Shown here: positions 49,442 through 59,361 of the stretch, one piece after another
How positions within the stretch are numbered: position 1 is the first letter of the stretch
Layout: every line of letters starts with the position of its first letter
From: Cytophagaceae bacterium
Lineage (GTDB): Bacteria; Bacteroidota; Bacteroidia; Cytophagales; UBA9547
DNA: 64,000 bases
Direction: 5' to 3'
Assembly (NCBI GenBank): GCA_027488865.1
Contig: JAIYAU010000018.1
Coordinates: 2,635-66,634, forward strand
Translations under genes and position numbers: made by a program
Notes under the pieces: generated by a model
Database searches by the model: none
What the model was told of the DNA's origin: nothing
What the model saw: only the letters and a program-made list of their open reading frames with translations

Positions 49442-49640
49442 CCACACCCCAGAAACGATTGATCGTATCATGATGCAGTTTAGAAAACGCGGTATGACCC
49501 TCAATAGTTTAGATTATAAAAAAGTAGATTTTGTAAATGCTACATGTACCATTGAATTTGATGAAGAAGAGGTTCAGGCCTCAAAAATTCTAAAAAATTT
49601 GATGCGAACTATTGATATTAGTGAAATAGAAATACTATAA
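49410..49640 (+). CDS. Mini AHAS regulatory subunit, IlvM-like single ACT domain (76 aa)
   Basis: NHTPETIDRIMMQFRKRGM resembles E. coli IlvM FNPETLERVLRVVRHRGF. It overlaps the large-subunit 3' end by 32 nt. Confidence 0.6.
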   Translation: MQKNYWLIRCNHTPETIDRIMMQFRKRGMTLNSLDYKKVDFVNATCTIEFDEEEVQASKILKNLMRTIDISEIEIL

Positions 49641-49666
49641 GATTTTAATTTTTCTATGAGGCGTGA

Positions 49667-49700
49667 GGGGTAGGATATTTGTTTATCCTGTCCCTTTTTT
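49667..49700 (+). terminator. Intrinsic terminator of the AHAS operon
   Basis: GGGGTAGGATA-TTTGTT-TATCCTGTCCC forms an 11-bp stem (two G-U pairs), followed by TTTTTTATTTT. Confidence 0.8.
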
Positions 49701-49879
49701 ATTTTAACGCGCTCATGTATATCTTTCTAAGATTAGGCTTATCCCTAAGAAAATATAAGAGCCTACAACTTAGAATAATTTATTGACATAATTTTAACAA
49801 TTACATTCAGTTTACTATAATAATTCGTAAGTGTAACTTTTCTGCGAAACTGAGTTTAAATGAAACCAAATAAAACTAA

Positions 49880-51598
49880 TTAATCCAACTTGTCCAATTC
49901 TGCTTTTACAAATTTCATGAGGTCTTGAATATGTTCAATAGAAAAGTCAAACTTAACACCCGCTGTTGCATATACTTCTTTGATACTTACAGTATAACCA
50001 AGTTTTAAAGCTTCCAAGTATTTTTTAAGTCCCTCTTGTGGATTTTCTTGACAGTTTTTCCATACAGCAATGGCACCTAACTGAGCAATCCCGTATTCTA
50101 TGTAATAAAATGGGACTTCGTATAAATGCAATTGTTTTTGCCAAACATTGTCCTTAAATTCCTGTAAACCAGACCAATCAACTAAATCACAAGCAAACTC
50201 AGAATGAACTTGATTCCAAGCTTGGGTACGTTCTGCGAGGTTGTGTTGTGGATTTTCGTAAACCCAATGTTGGAATTTATCAATGGTGGCCACCCAAGGC
50301 AATGTTTCTATTACATGCTCAAGGTGCGATTTTTTGGCGCGTTTTAACGTTTCAGCATCTGTAAAAAACACATCCCAATGTGCCATACTAATCAATTCCA
50401 TACTCATAGATGCCAATTCTGCAATTTCAGAGGTTAAGCTTCTATAGGAGTTGAGCGCCAAAGGTTTGGTTAGAATGGAATGTACGGCATGACCACCTTC
50501 GTGTAACATCGTGATAGTATCTTGTAAAGTGCCTGCGGCATTCATAAAAATAAAAGGAATACCAATTTCATCAAGCGGATAGTTATAACCACCTGGTGCT
50601 TTGCCTTTTCTTGATTCTAAATCAAGATGTTTCATGTTTTTCATAATAACAAGGCATTCTGCCAAGAATGGATCCAACTTGTTAAAACACTTAATGGTTT
50701 TTTCAAGCAAGTCCTCTCCATCTATAAATGGTTTAAGAGGTGGCTTATTTTCTGGATCGACTGCTAAATCCCACGGGCGTAAAGTATTTAATTGAAGTGT
50801 AGCCTTTCTTGAACTTGCAAAATCGTTCAATAGTGGTTTTACCTCTAGTGCAATGGCCGCATGAAAATCGAAACAGTCTTGGGCATTGTAGTCGTATCTG
50901 CCTAAGGCAACAAACATGTAATCTCTAAAATTATCAAACCCAGCATTTTTCGCAATTTGTTGTCTAAGCGAAATGAGTTTGGTGTACAATTCATCAAGCT
51001 GAGGCTTGTCTTTAAGTCTTCGCTCATTTATTGTTTTGTACGTAACCTCTCTTTCGTGTCTATCCACCGATTGGAGTAGTACTCCAGCCTGTTGGAGGGT
51101 GATTTCTTGTCCATTAATCACAACAGACATGGCACCACAAATAGCACCATATTGTTGTTGAAGCGTTTGTATTTCTGTAAAAATCGAGATATTTTCTTCT
51201 CTAAAAATTTTATAGTTAGTTTCTAATGCCCTTAATAGTATTTTGTCACCACTATAATTTAGTTCATTTTTATAAGCACTATTTAAAATTTTTTCATCCA
51301 GTTTATTGGAAATCGGAGCAATTTGAGGCTCTATTTCTGTTATCATATAGTTAAAAGCTTCTCTATAAGCCTCATTGTCAGTATAACAGGTCATTCTTAT
51401 GTACCTCCAACCCATTTCTTCAGAAATAGCAGTTTCTAATTCACTTCTGTTAGTAAGCCAAATCTTAAGACTTTGAAGAGAGTTTATTTCTCTATTAAGA
51501 AGCTCTTCGAAAAAATTTTTAAGTGTTTCCCAAGATTGAATTACAAAGTCATCGGGTAAGTAAGTGCGTGTACGTCGTAAAATAGGCGTGTGGTTCAT
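49880..51598 (-). CDS. pepF: Oligoendopeptidase F (M3B metallopeptidase)
   Basis: HEGGHAVH zinc motif and M3B-like sequence throughout. The likely start is MNHTPILRR (residue 49 of the listed ORF). Confidence 0.85.
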   Translation of the reverse strand: MNHTPILRRTRTYLPDDFVIQSWETLKNFFEELLNREINSLQSLKIWLTNRSELETAISEEMGWRYIRMTCYTDNEAYREAFNYMITEIEPQIAPISNKLDEKILNSAYKNELNYSGDKILLRALETNYKIFREENISIFTEIQTLQQQYGAICGAMSVVINGQEITLQQAGVLLQSVDRHEREVTYKTINERRLKDKPQLDELYTKLISLRQQIAKNAGFDNFRDYMFVALGRYDYNAQDCFDFHAAIALEVKPLLNDFASSRKATLQLNTLRPWDLAVDPENKPPLKPFIDGEDLLEKTIKCFNKLDPFLAECLVIMKNMKHLDLESRKGKAPGGYNYPLDEIGIPFIFMNAAGTLQDTITMLHEGGHAVHSILTKPLALNSYRSLTSEIAELASMSMELISMAHWDVFFTDAETLKRAKKSHLEHVIETLPWVATIDKFQHWVYENPQHNLAERTQAWNQVHSEFACDLVDWSGLQEFKDNVWQKQLHLYEVPFYYIEYGIAQLGAIAVWKNCQENPQEGLKKYLEALKLGYTVSIKEVYATAGVKFDFSIEHIQDLMKFVKAELDKLD

Positions 51599-52004
51599 AT
51601 ATCCAATTTTGGAACAAATAACTACAAATTGTATTTCAATTCCAAAGTGAAGAGATTTCAATTCCATAATCGGTTGATGAAAAGTATTAAGTTCCAATGC
51701 GGTCAATGGTATATATAATTTCAGTTGATTAAAAAATTGCAAAAGTATTAGGCAAAAAGTGTGTTGAAACCTTTAAGATTAATAGTAGTAAACAGAATTT
51801 TTAAAGCAAAAATAATTACCCCTTTATTCTTATAAATTTATAACTTCGTATCTAAACAAGGATTAAATGAGGTTTTATTTTACATTATTTTCTCTTTTTT
51901 GAAATTTTTGGTTTTGTATACTTATGTTGCAATCTGTTTTTTTAATTAATACCTAGGTCATAGATGCAAAAAGGTATGTAGCTTCATTCCAAATCCAACA
52001 TTCA

Positions 52005-52355
52005 ATGAAAGTAACTAAAGCAACTACCACAAAGATTGGGCGAGAAGGTGAGGAATTGGCCAAAGAATATTTACAAAAATTGGGCTACACTATTAAAGAA
52101 AGCAATTTTCGTTATAAACGTGCGGAAATAGATATTATCGCGCAAAAAGAGGCAGTTTTGGTATTTGTGGAGGTAAAAAAGCGTAAAAATGCAGATTACG
52201 GACTGCCTGAATATTTTGTAAATAACAAGAAAGCTGAATTGATACACCTTGCAGCCACTTATTATTTAGAGCAAAACCCTTGGGTGGGTCCAATTCGATT
52301 TGATATTGTGGCCATTACAGCCAACGAAATTTTGATATTGGAAGATGCTTTTTAG
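52005..52355 (+). CDS. yraN: YraN-family endonuclease-like protein (UPF0102)
   Basis: GREGEELAKEYLQKLGY...AEIDIIA...LVFVEVKKR is the PD-(D/E)xK-like UPF0102 pattern. 116 aa. Confidence 0.8.
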   Translation: MKVTKATTTKIGREGEELAKEYLQKLGYTIKESNFRYKRAEIDIIAQKEAVLVFVEVKKRKNADYGLPEYFVNNKKAELIHLAATYYLEQNPWVGPIRFDIVAITANEILILEDAF

Positions 52356-52391
52356 TGTAATTTAGTAAGTTATTCAGCCTGGACCGTTTAG

Positions 52392-52418
52392 TTGCTTTTT
52401 GTACCAAAACAAAAGCAA
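52392..52418 (+). terminator. Possible terminator hairpin after yraN
   Basis: TTGCTTTTTGT-ACCAAA-ACAAAAGCAA (one bulge). There is no clear T-run after it. Confidence 0.3.
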
Positions 52419-52595
52419 TAGGTTTGAATTATTTACGGAATTTGGTCATTTGGAAGGTGTGGATGAGGCAATTCATAAAGACTTATTGAATAATTATAAT
52501 TTTTAAACCCATCTAAGGGATTTTACCAATTATTTAAAAGTTTTATACTTATTGTAAAATCTTGTTTAATTTGCATTACCAAATTTAATTATAAA

Positions 52596-53825
52596 ATGAA
52601 AAAAGCTTTTGTAGCATTTGGGGTTATTGCCCTGGTATTCACATCTTGCAAAGAGAATAAAACTGAAAAAACCGAAGTAGTTGTTACCCAAGATACGGCT
52701 AAAAATGTCAAAAATGACACTATTGCTGCTGAAACTGTAATAAAAAAGACCACTTCAATTAAGTCTTATGGTGAAATAAATGTTCAAAATAGAATATTTA
52801 ACGATTTTGCAAGATATATAGCAGGCATGCCGCTTGAGGACGGTAGTAGCTTGGCCAAAGTGGCACAATATGAATCTTACAAAACCTTTCAAACTGCATT
52901 TGATAGTTCCTGGAAAAAAGTAGATGAAAATAGATACTCAAAAATGAGAGCTTGGGCGGATACTGAATTAGTTGAGCTTAGGGCCGAACCTAAAAATATT
53001 TTGTACCCGTTTTCAGGGCCAGACTTTGTAAATGTGTTTACCTTTTTTCCAAACGGTAAAACCTACGTACTGCTTGCTTTAGAGCCCGTTGGAGAATATG
53101 TTGATTTCACCAACCAATCAGAAAAGGAGGTAGATCAATATCTTGCCTCTGTTGACAATGCACTGAACGATCTTTTTAAGAAAAGTTATTTTATTACAAT
53201 GCATATGATTGGTGACCTCCACAAAGCCAAGGGTGTTTATCCATTAACAAGCCTATTTATGGCACGTACAGGTAACAAAATATTAAACGTGCAAAGGGTA
53301 AAGTTTGATTCTTCGGGTGCTGTAATTACCGATTCGCTCCTAAGCAGAAAGCTGAGTAAAAAAGTCAATGCTATCAAAATTGACTTTGTTAACGAAAATG
53401 ATCCTGATAATGTAAAAACCCTATTTTACATAAGGGGAGACATGAGCGATAATGGTTGCAAAGCCAATAAAGGCGTGATGAAATTTCTTCAAACATTTGA
53501 TAATAGCATTGGGTATTTCAAATCTGCTTCCTATTTGTGTCACATGAGAGATTTTGATACCATTAGAAATCTTATGTTGGATCAATGTGACTACATCGTA
53601 CAAGATGATACAGGAATTGCCTACAGATTTTTTAAACAATCTCAATGGAAGCTACAACTTTATGGTAAATATGCCAAACCTGTAAAAGACTTTAGCGGTG
53701 TTGACCAAGAAGATTTAAGAAAAGCTTATAAAGCTTCAAAAAACGTAGAACCTTTGCCTTTTTCTTTAGGCTATCATTGGGGCACTCAGAACCAAAACCT
53801 TATGAAAGCTGTTAAAATAAAATAA
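52596..53825 (+). CDS. Hypothetical lipoprotein
   Basis: Lipobox signal MKKAFVAFGVIALVFTSC. No motif I can name; YPFSGPDF is a conspicuous conserved-looking segment. Confidence 0.5.
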   Translation: MKKAFVAFGVIALVFTSCKENKTEKTEVVVTQDTAKNVKNDTIAAETVIKKTTSIKSYGEINVQNRIFNDFARYIAGMPLEDGSSLAKVAQYESYKTFQTAFDSSWKKVDENRYSKMRAWADTELVELRAEPKNILYPFSGPDFVNVFTFFPNGKTYVLLALEPVGEYVDFTNQSEKEVDQYLASVDNALNDLFKKSYFITMHMIGDLHKAKGVYPLTSLFMARTGNKILNVQRVKFDSSGAVITDSLLSRKLSKKVNAIKIDFVNENDPDNVKTLFYIRGDMSDNGCKANKGVMKFLQTFDNSIGYFKSASYLCHMRDFDTIRNLMLDQCDYIVQDDTGIAYRFFKQSQWKLQLYGKYAKPVKDFSGVDQEDLRKAYKASKNVEPLPFSLGYHWGTQNQNLMKAVKIK

Positions 53826-53849
53826 ATCTATTAACCATAAAAACTGTAA

Positions 53850-55070
53850 ATGAAATATCGTATATATTTATTGTTTACAGTTTTTATCTTTTTATTCACT
53901 ACCACTTATAGTCAAAATTTTTCCTTAGAATCTCTTCTGCAATCTGACACCTCTTGGGTGGTAGATTCGGTAATATCCAATAAAGAAAAGTTTAGATTAC
54001 AGATTATTTATACTAAAATCGAGCGGACTTCCAATGGATATCCTGTTCTAACTAAGTATAATTACAATGTAAACCCTACTAATTACTTTTATCCTGCCAG
54101 TTTAGCCAAGTTGCCAATGGCCGTAATTGCGCTGGATAAGTTAAATTCTTTGGGTGTAGCTGGTGTAAATATTTTTAACCCACTCAGAACATCTTCGCCT
54201 TACGCCCCACCAAAAATACTCCCCGAAAGTGACAGTATCCACACAAGTTACATGTCACTAGCTTCGCATATCCTTCGTACTTTTATTTTAAGTGATAATC
54301 AGTCGCCTAACTACCTTTACGAATTTACTGGACACCAATATTTAAATAAACGATTAAAAGAATTAGGATTTTCACGGTCTGTTATCAACCAACGTTTTGC
54401 ATCAGGAAACGCAGAAACTATTAGAACCACTCATCCTGTAGAATTATTAGATCAAAATGGTGAACTCCTTTTTTCCCAACCTTATACAAGGAGTGAGTTG
54501 CCTATTGTGGAAGTTTCTGCCCAAACGGCTATTGGTAAAGCTCATTTTGTAGGAAACAAATTGCATCGAAAACCTCTTGATTTTAAATACGATAACTACC
54601 TTCCGCTTGAAGAATTGGACAAAATGATGACGTCCATCATTTTTCCTGAACTTAATGTCACACAAACTCACTTGAACCTAAATGTGCAAGATTACCAATT
54701 TCTAAAGCACGCCTCAAGTTGTTTGCCCAATTCGTGTTATTATCCCGATTACGGGCCAGAATCTAATTATCCTGACAATTATCGTAAATTCATCATGTTT
54801 GGTGACCTTAAAACTCCAATACCCAATTATTGTGTCATTTGCAATAAAGTAGGCCTTGCATATGGCTTTATAAGTGATTTAGCCTACATAAAAGACAACT
54901 TACATCAAGTTGAATTCATGCTTTCTGCGGTGTTGTATGTAAACGAAGACGAAATTTTAAACGATGGAATCTATCAATATGATAGTATAGGATTGCCGTT
55001 TTTAGGTAGGATAGGACGACTAATTTATGATTATGAATGTTGGATGAAACAATTTCGTATCAATAAATGA
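53850..55070 (+). CDS. Secreted serine hydrolase, class A beta-lactamase-related (SxxK)
   Basis: Signal peptide MKYRIYLLFTVFIFLFTTTYSQ. FYPASLAKLPMAV carries an S-x-x-K motif in a beta-lactamase-like context. The remaining motifs were not verified. Confidence 0.5.
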   Translation: MKYRIYLLFTVFIFLFTTTYSQNFSLESLLQSDTSWVVDSVISNKEKFRLQIIYTKIERTSNGYPVLTKYNYNVNPTNYFYPASLAKLPMAVIALDKLNSLGVAGVNIFNPLRTSSPYAPPKILPESDSIHTSYMSLASHILRTFILSDNQSPNYLYEFTGHQYLNKRLKELGFSRSVINQRFASGNAETIRTTHPVELLDQNGELLFSQPYTRSELPIVEVSAQTAIGKAHFVGNKLHRKPLDFKYDNYLPLEELDKMMTSIIFPELNVTQTHLNLNVQDYQFLKHASSCLPNSCYYPDYGPESNYPDNYRKFIMFGDLKTPIPNYCVICNKVGLAYGFISDLAYIKDNLHQVEFMLSAVLYVNEDEILNDGIYQYDSIGLPFLGRIGRLIYDYECWMKQFRINK

Positions 55071-55101
55071 GATATTTCAGTTTTTATTCTATTTAATATA
55101 C

Positions 55102-55141
55102 AAAAAAACCCTGTCAGGTTATAATATTCTGACAGGGTTTT
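55102..55141. terminator. Bidirectional terminator between the serine hydrolase gene and hppA
   Basis: An A7 run, then ACCCTGTCAG-N11-CTGACAGGGT, then TTTT. It lies between convergent stops. Confidence 0.75.
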
Positions 55142-55157
55142 AATAAAAATTAGAACT

Positions 55158-57245
55158 CTAAACCAAAACCAGCAATGGCGCAATGATCATGGCTACAATA
55201 CACACCAATTTAATTAAAATATTTAATGAAGGCCCTGAAGTATCTTTAAACGGATCGCCCACGGTGTCTCCCACAACTGCTGCTTTATGTGCATCAGACC
55301 CTTTGTAGTGTAATTTGCCATTAATTTCTACACCAGCTTCAAATATTTTTTTGGCATTATCCCAAGCTCCACCAGCATTAGATTGAAAAAATGCCATCAT
55401 AATACCTGAAACAAGCACACCTGCCAAAAAGCCTCCAAGGGCTTCTGCACCAAGTGAAAATCCTATCAAAACAGGAGTTACCAAGGCTAAAGACCCAGGC
55501 AATAACATGTGTTTAATGGCAGCCTTGGTTGATATTTGAATACATTTTTCATAATCAGCCTCGGCTGTGCCTTCTAAAATACCTTTTATTTCTCTAAATT
55601 GTCTTCGCACCTCTTCTACCATGGCATTGGCAGCATCACCGACAGCACGCATGGCAAAAGATGAGAATAAGAATGGTATCATGCCACCTAAAAGCAAACC
55701 TCCAAGCACTTTAGCATTCGCAATATCGATAGCTGCTAATTCCGTGGTTTTCATATAAGCTGAAAACATAGCCAAGGCAGTTAATGCTGCTGACGCTATT
55801 GCAAAACCTTTGCCAATGGCTGCGGTAGTATTACCCACAGAATCAAGAATATCCGTTTTTTCTCTAACTTCTTTAGGTAAATGGCTCATTTCAGCTATTC
55901 CACCAGCATTATCAGCTATAGGACCAAAAGCATCGATCGCCAACTGGATGCCTGTGGTGGCCATCATACCTGTAGCTGCCATTGCTACGCCATACAAGCC
56001 ACCTGTACTGAAAGCTAGGATAATCCCCACTGCTAAAATAATTACAGGTATCGCCGTTGACTGCATCCCTACACTCAAACCAGCTATAAGATTGGTTGCA
56101 GCCCCTGTTTGTGATTGGCGCGCTATAAATAACACGTGTTTTGAATTTTTCCCGGTATAAATTTCAATTACAAAACTGATTAAAATACCTACTATTAATC
56201 CTATTAAAACCGTAAAAAAGATATTAATTGATGGATAATCAATTGCATTGATGGTTATCGTTTTATCAAACAAATAATCAATTACAAAATAGGATGCGGC
56301 AGCAGTAAGTGCCACTGCACCAAAGTTGCCAATATTGAGAGAGGTAAGTGGATTCCCCTTTTCTTTAACCTTTACAAAAAATGAACCTACTATTGAAAAT
56401 ACCAACCCAATAGCTGCTATATAAATAGGTAAAATGATGGCAGGATTTACGTTGGCAACTTCTTTATTCATAGGAGCAACAGCCAATCCTAGCACCATGG
56501 TAGCCAATATGGTGCTTACATAAGAACCAAACAAATCTGCACCCATTCCAGCAACATCACCTACGTTATCACCAACATTATCAGCAATAGTGGCAGGATT
56601 TCTTGGATCATCTTCAGGTATTCCAGCTTCCACCTTACCCACAAGATCTGCCCCAACATCAGCCGCTTTGGTATAAATACCTCCACCAACTCTTGCAAAT
56701 AAAGCAATACTTTCAGCACCTAACGAAAATCCAATCATTACTTCAAGAATCCTATCTATTTCCCATTTGCCAAGTCCTAGTAATTCAGCATTAGAAAAAA
56801 TCAAAAAAAGAATGACGATTCCCAAAATACCTAAGGAAACGACGTTAATTCCCATAACCATTCCGCCAGAAAAAGAAACATCCAAGGCTTTGGATAAACT
56901 AGTTTTAGCAGCCTCTGTGGTACGCACATTAGCCTTAGTGGCTATTTTCATGCCTAGATAACCAGCTAAAGCAGAAAGACCCGCCCCAATTATAAATGCC
57001 ACGGCAATAAGCCAGTGCGAATTTTTGTCATCAGCCAGCACACCTACAATAATTGCCATAAAAAAAGCAAAAATCGCTAAGGCTCTATATTCAGCTTTTA
57101 AAAAGGCAATTGCCCCATCAGCAATATATTTTGCAATTTTTTTCATGGTTGCATCACCATCATTTTGCCTTGTTACCCAAATAGATTTGTAAAATGAGAA
57201 AGCCAAACCGCCCAAGGCAACCAATATTACAAGGTATAATTCCAT
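55158..57245 (-). CDS. hppA: Membrane-bound cation-translocating pyrophosphatase, K+-dependent subfamily
   Basis: About 16 TM segments. DNVGDNVGD motifs and [13 protein letters not shown], which has Ala rather than Lys at the K+-dependence determinant. Confidence 0.95.
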   Translation of the reverse strand: MELYLVILVALGGLAFSFYKSIWVTRQNDGDATMKKIAKYIADGAIAFLKAEYRALAIFAFFMAIIVGVLADDKNSHWLIAVAFIIGAGLSALAGYLGMKIATKANVRTTEAAKTSLSKALDVSFSGGMVMGINVVSLGILGIVILFLIFSNAELLGLGKWEIDRILEVMIGFSLGAESIALFARVGGGIYTKAADVGADLVGKVEAGIPEDDPRNPATIADNVGDNVGDVAGMGADLFGSYVSTILATMVLGLAVAPMNKEVANVNPAIILPIYIAAIGLVFSIVGSFFVKVKEKGNPLTSLNIGNFGAVALTAAASYFVIDYLFDKTITINAIDYPSINIFFTVLIGLIVGILISFVIEIYTGKNSKHVLFIARQSQTGAATNLIAGLSVGMQSTAIPVIILAVGIILAFSTGGLYGVAMAATGMMATTGIQLAIDAFGPIADNAGGIAEMSHLPKEVREKTDILDSVGNTTAAIGKGFAIASAALTALAMFSAYMKTTELAAIDIANAKVLGGLLLGGMIPFLFSSFAMRAVGDAANAMVEEVRRQFREIKGILEGTAEADYEKCIQISTKAAIKHMLLPGSLALVTPVLIGFSLGAEALGGFLAGVLVSGIMMAFFQSNAGGAWDNAKKIFEAGVEINGKLHYKGSDAHKAAVVGDTVGDPFKDTSGPSLNILIKLVCIVAMIIAPLLVLV

Positions 57246-57438
57246 AAAAAGAAAGTTAGTTATAAGAAAATGAATATTTAATATTTGCGAATTTATATAA
57301 ATTATTTTTTCTCACCAACTTTAAAGCTTAGTCACCTACATTCTCTGTGAATATTTGTTTGAAATTAGTTGATCATAAAAGTAGGAGCAAGGTAGGTAAG
57401 ATTCAAAATAGCTTAGAGTTTTAGTTAAGGTATATCAA

Positions 57439-57474
57439 TAAAAAAAGCCCCGCATTAAATGCGAGGCTTTTTTC
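57439..57474. terminator. Terminator after the T9SS cargo gene (bidirectional type)
   Basis: An A-run, then AGCCCCGCAT-TAA-ATGCGAGGCT (one mismatch), then T6. Confidence 0.7.
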
Positions 57475-57516
57475 TTATTAATTAATAATTATCAATCATC
57501 AATTATCAATTCTCAA

Positions 57517-59265
57517 TTAATAAATAACTACTTTCTCAGTTTTGTTATTCAATTTGATGAAGTACATACCTTTTTCAAGACCTTCTACAGATACTTGAGT
57601 ATCTACACCAGCTCTTACCACTTTACCAGCAGCATTGAACAATGTAAATGCAGTACTAGACTCAGCGATAGTTAAAGAACCACCAGAGATCGGGTTAGGA
57701 TAAACCGATGAGTTAAGAACTGGAGTGATGATAGCGTCTTCAGAAGAAGTGATTGAAGATAATCTACCATCGAAAGAGGCACCAGATAGCGCTGGAGAGT
57801 TGGCTTTAGGTCTGTAATTTGGAGCAGTTGCATTATTAGGATCTGTCAAAACGTCTGCCGTTGTGAAAAGACCGTTTTTAATGCCAACTGTGTTATCATT
57901 TGCAGAACTTGTAATAAAGTTATTTGCATTTGTTAAATCTCCCGCTAAAGAAACTTCTACTAAACCATTTGAAGTTGAAGCTCCAGTAATTCCTTCGTAG
58001 GGATTCACGAACAAATTGTTTTTTACTTCTATTATCTCATTAGCAACAGCTTTAGTTCCTTTAACACCGGCATAAGCCAATACAGAATCACTTTCCAATC
58101 TTATTGCATTTTTGTAACCCATAAAAATGGAGTTATAAATACTTAGTTTAGTATTTCTTCTAATGAGCGCTCCTGTTCTAAATGCAGATTGTTGCGTATT
58201 GTTTAAAGAATCGTAAGTTTTACCGACCGGAATAGGACCAACACAAGTAATGTTACTAAAAATTGGTTTGGTGTAAGGTTTAGCACCTGTACCTTGACCA
58301 TCGTTATCAGATTCAAATGTGTTTGAACCGTTATTTGCACTTGATGAATATGTAACATCAAATAACCCTTTATCTCGAACCGCTATCCCAAATTGTACTA
58401 TCCCTGAAAAACCAAAATCTGTATCAAAATCGTCATCAGTAACCTTGTAAGAAATTAAATGTTTACAATTTACATTTCCTCCGAACCATTCAAATCCGTC
58501 ATCTGCACCATAAGATACTTGAACATAATCAATTGTGGTAGTATTGTTTACTGCACCCATAGTAAGAGAGTTAGTTTCTCTATCTGTATCTAAATCAGTA
58601 CCAGCAAATTCAATTCTAAGGTACTTTATAGATCCATTACTAAAAGTTTCATTATTACCACCAAAACGACCAAAGTTTTTTAAAATTGGTTTTCTATCAA
58701 ATCCTTCTAATTGAGGAAGACTTGGGGATATACTTCTGTTAGATCTACCTGGACCACAAATTAATACTCCTGACCAATCTTCTGGAGCTCTGTCACCAGG
58801 AGCTTTGTTAGAAGTCATTACTACTGGGCTAGTCTTTGTACCTTGAACATCAATCTTTCCAGTTGTAGTAACAAGAATCATAGCGTAATTATTAGCAGAT
58901 GGCTGTGATTCAGCTCTTATAACAGTACCAGCAGGTATAGTTAAAGTGGCTCCATCACTAACAATAATCATACCTTTAAGTAGATAAACAGAAGAAGATG
59001 ATAAGGTTAAATCTGTTTTTATTGTTTTTCTACCTATTGTATCCCCAGAAGCAACATTATCCATTGCGTTTAAAGTGCTATTATCTGTAGTAGCGTCATA
59101 GGCTTTAAATTTTGGATTAAATTCTGTCCAACCTGCTGTCCAATCTTGATCGATGTCAGAACTTAAAGCACCAACATATGTGGTTGGGGTTAAAAATTGC
59201 GCATTTACGCTAAAAGCACTTAGCATTGCTAGGCTTGTAACAATTTGTAAAAATCTTTTTTTCAT
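57517..59265 (-). CDS. Secreted protein with a T9SS C-terminal sorting domain, co-operonic with the TonB-dependent receptor
   Basis: The likely start is MKKRFLQIVTSLAMLSAFSVNAQ. The C-terminus VYPNPISGGSLTI...GMYFIKLNNKTEKVVIY is a T9SS CTD. The central region is beta-helix-like, with DDGFEWFGGNV. Confidence 0.65.
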   Translation of the reverse strand: MKKRFLQIVTSLAMLSAFSVNAQFLTPTTYVGALSSDIDQDWTAGWTEFNPKFKAYDATTDNSTLNAMDNVASGDTIGRKTIKTDLTLSSSSVYLLKGMIIVSDGATLTIPAGTVIRAESQPSANNYAMILVTTTGKIDVQGTKTSPVVMTSNKAPGDRAPEDWSGVLICGPGRSNRSISPSLPQLEGFDRKPILKNFGRFGGNNETFSNGSIKYLRIEFAGTDLDTDRETNSLTMGAVNNTTTIDYVQVSYGADDGFEWFGGNVNCKHLISYKVTDDDFDTDFGFSGIVQFGIAVRDKGLFDVTYSSSANNGSNTFESDNDGQGTGAKPYTKPIFSNITCVGPIPVGKTYDSLNNTQQSAFRTGALIRRNTKLSIYNSIFMGYKNAIRLESDSVLAYAGVKGTKAVANEIIEVKNNLFVNPYEGITGASTSNGLVEVSLAGDLTNANNFITSSANDNTVGIKNGLFTTADVLTDPNNATAPNYRPKANSPALSGASFDGRLSSITSSEDAIITPVLNSSVYPNPISGGSLTIAESSTAFTLFNAAGKVVRAGVDTQVSVEGLEKGMYFIKLNNKTEKVVIY

Positions 59266-59361
59266 TTTATTTAAGTTTAAAACCATTACAAATTTATTCT
59301 AATGGAAGTAATTAAATGTTACCTAAATGTTAACAAATAATGAATTAATCAACTTATAATC

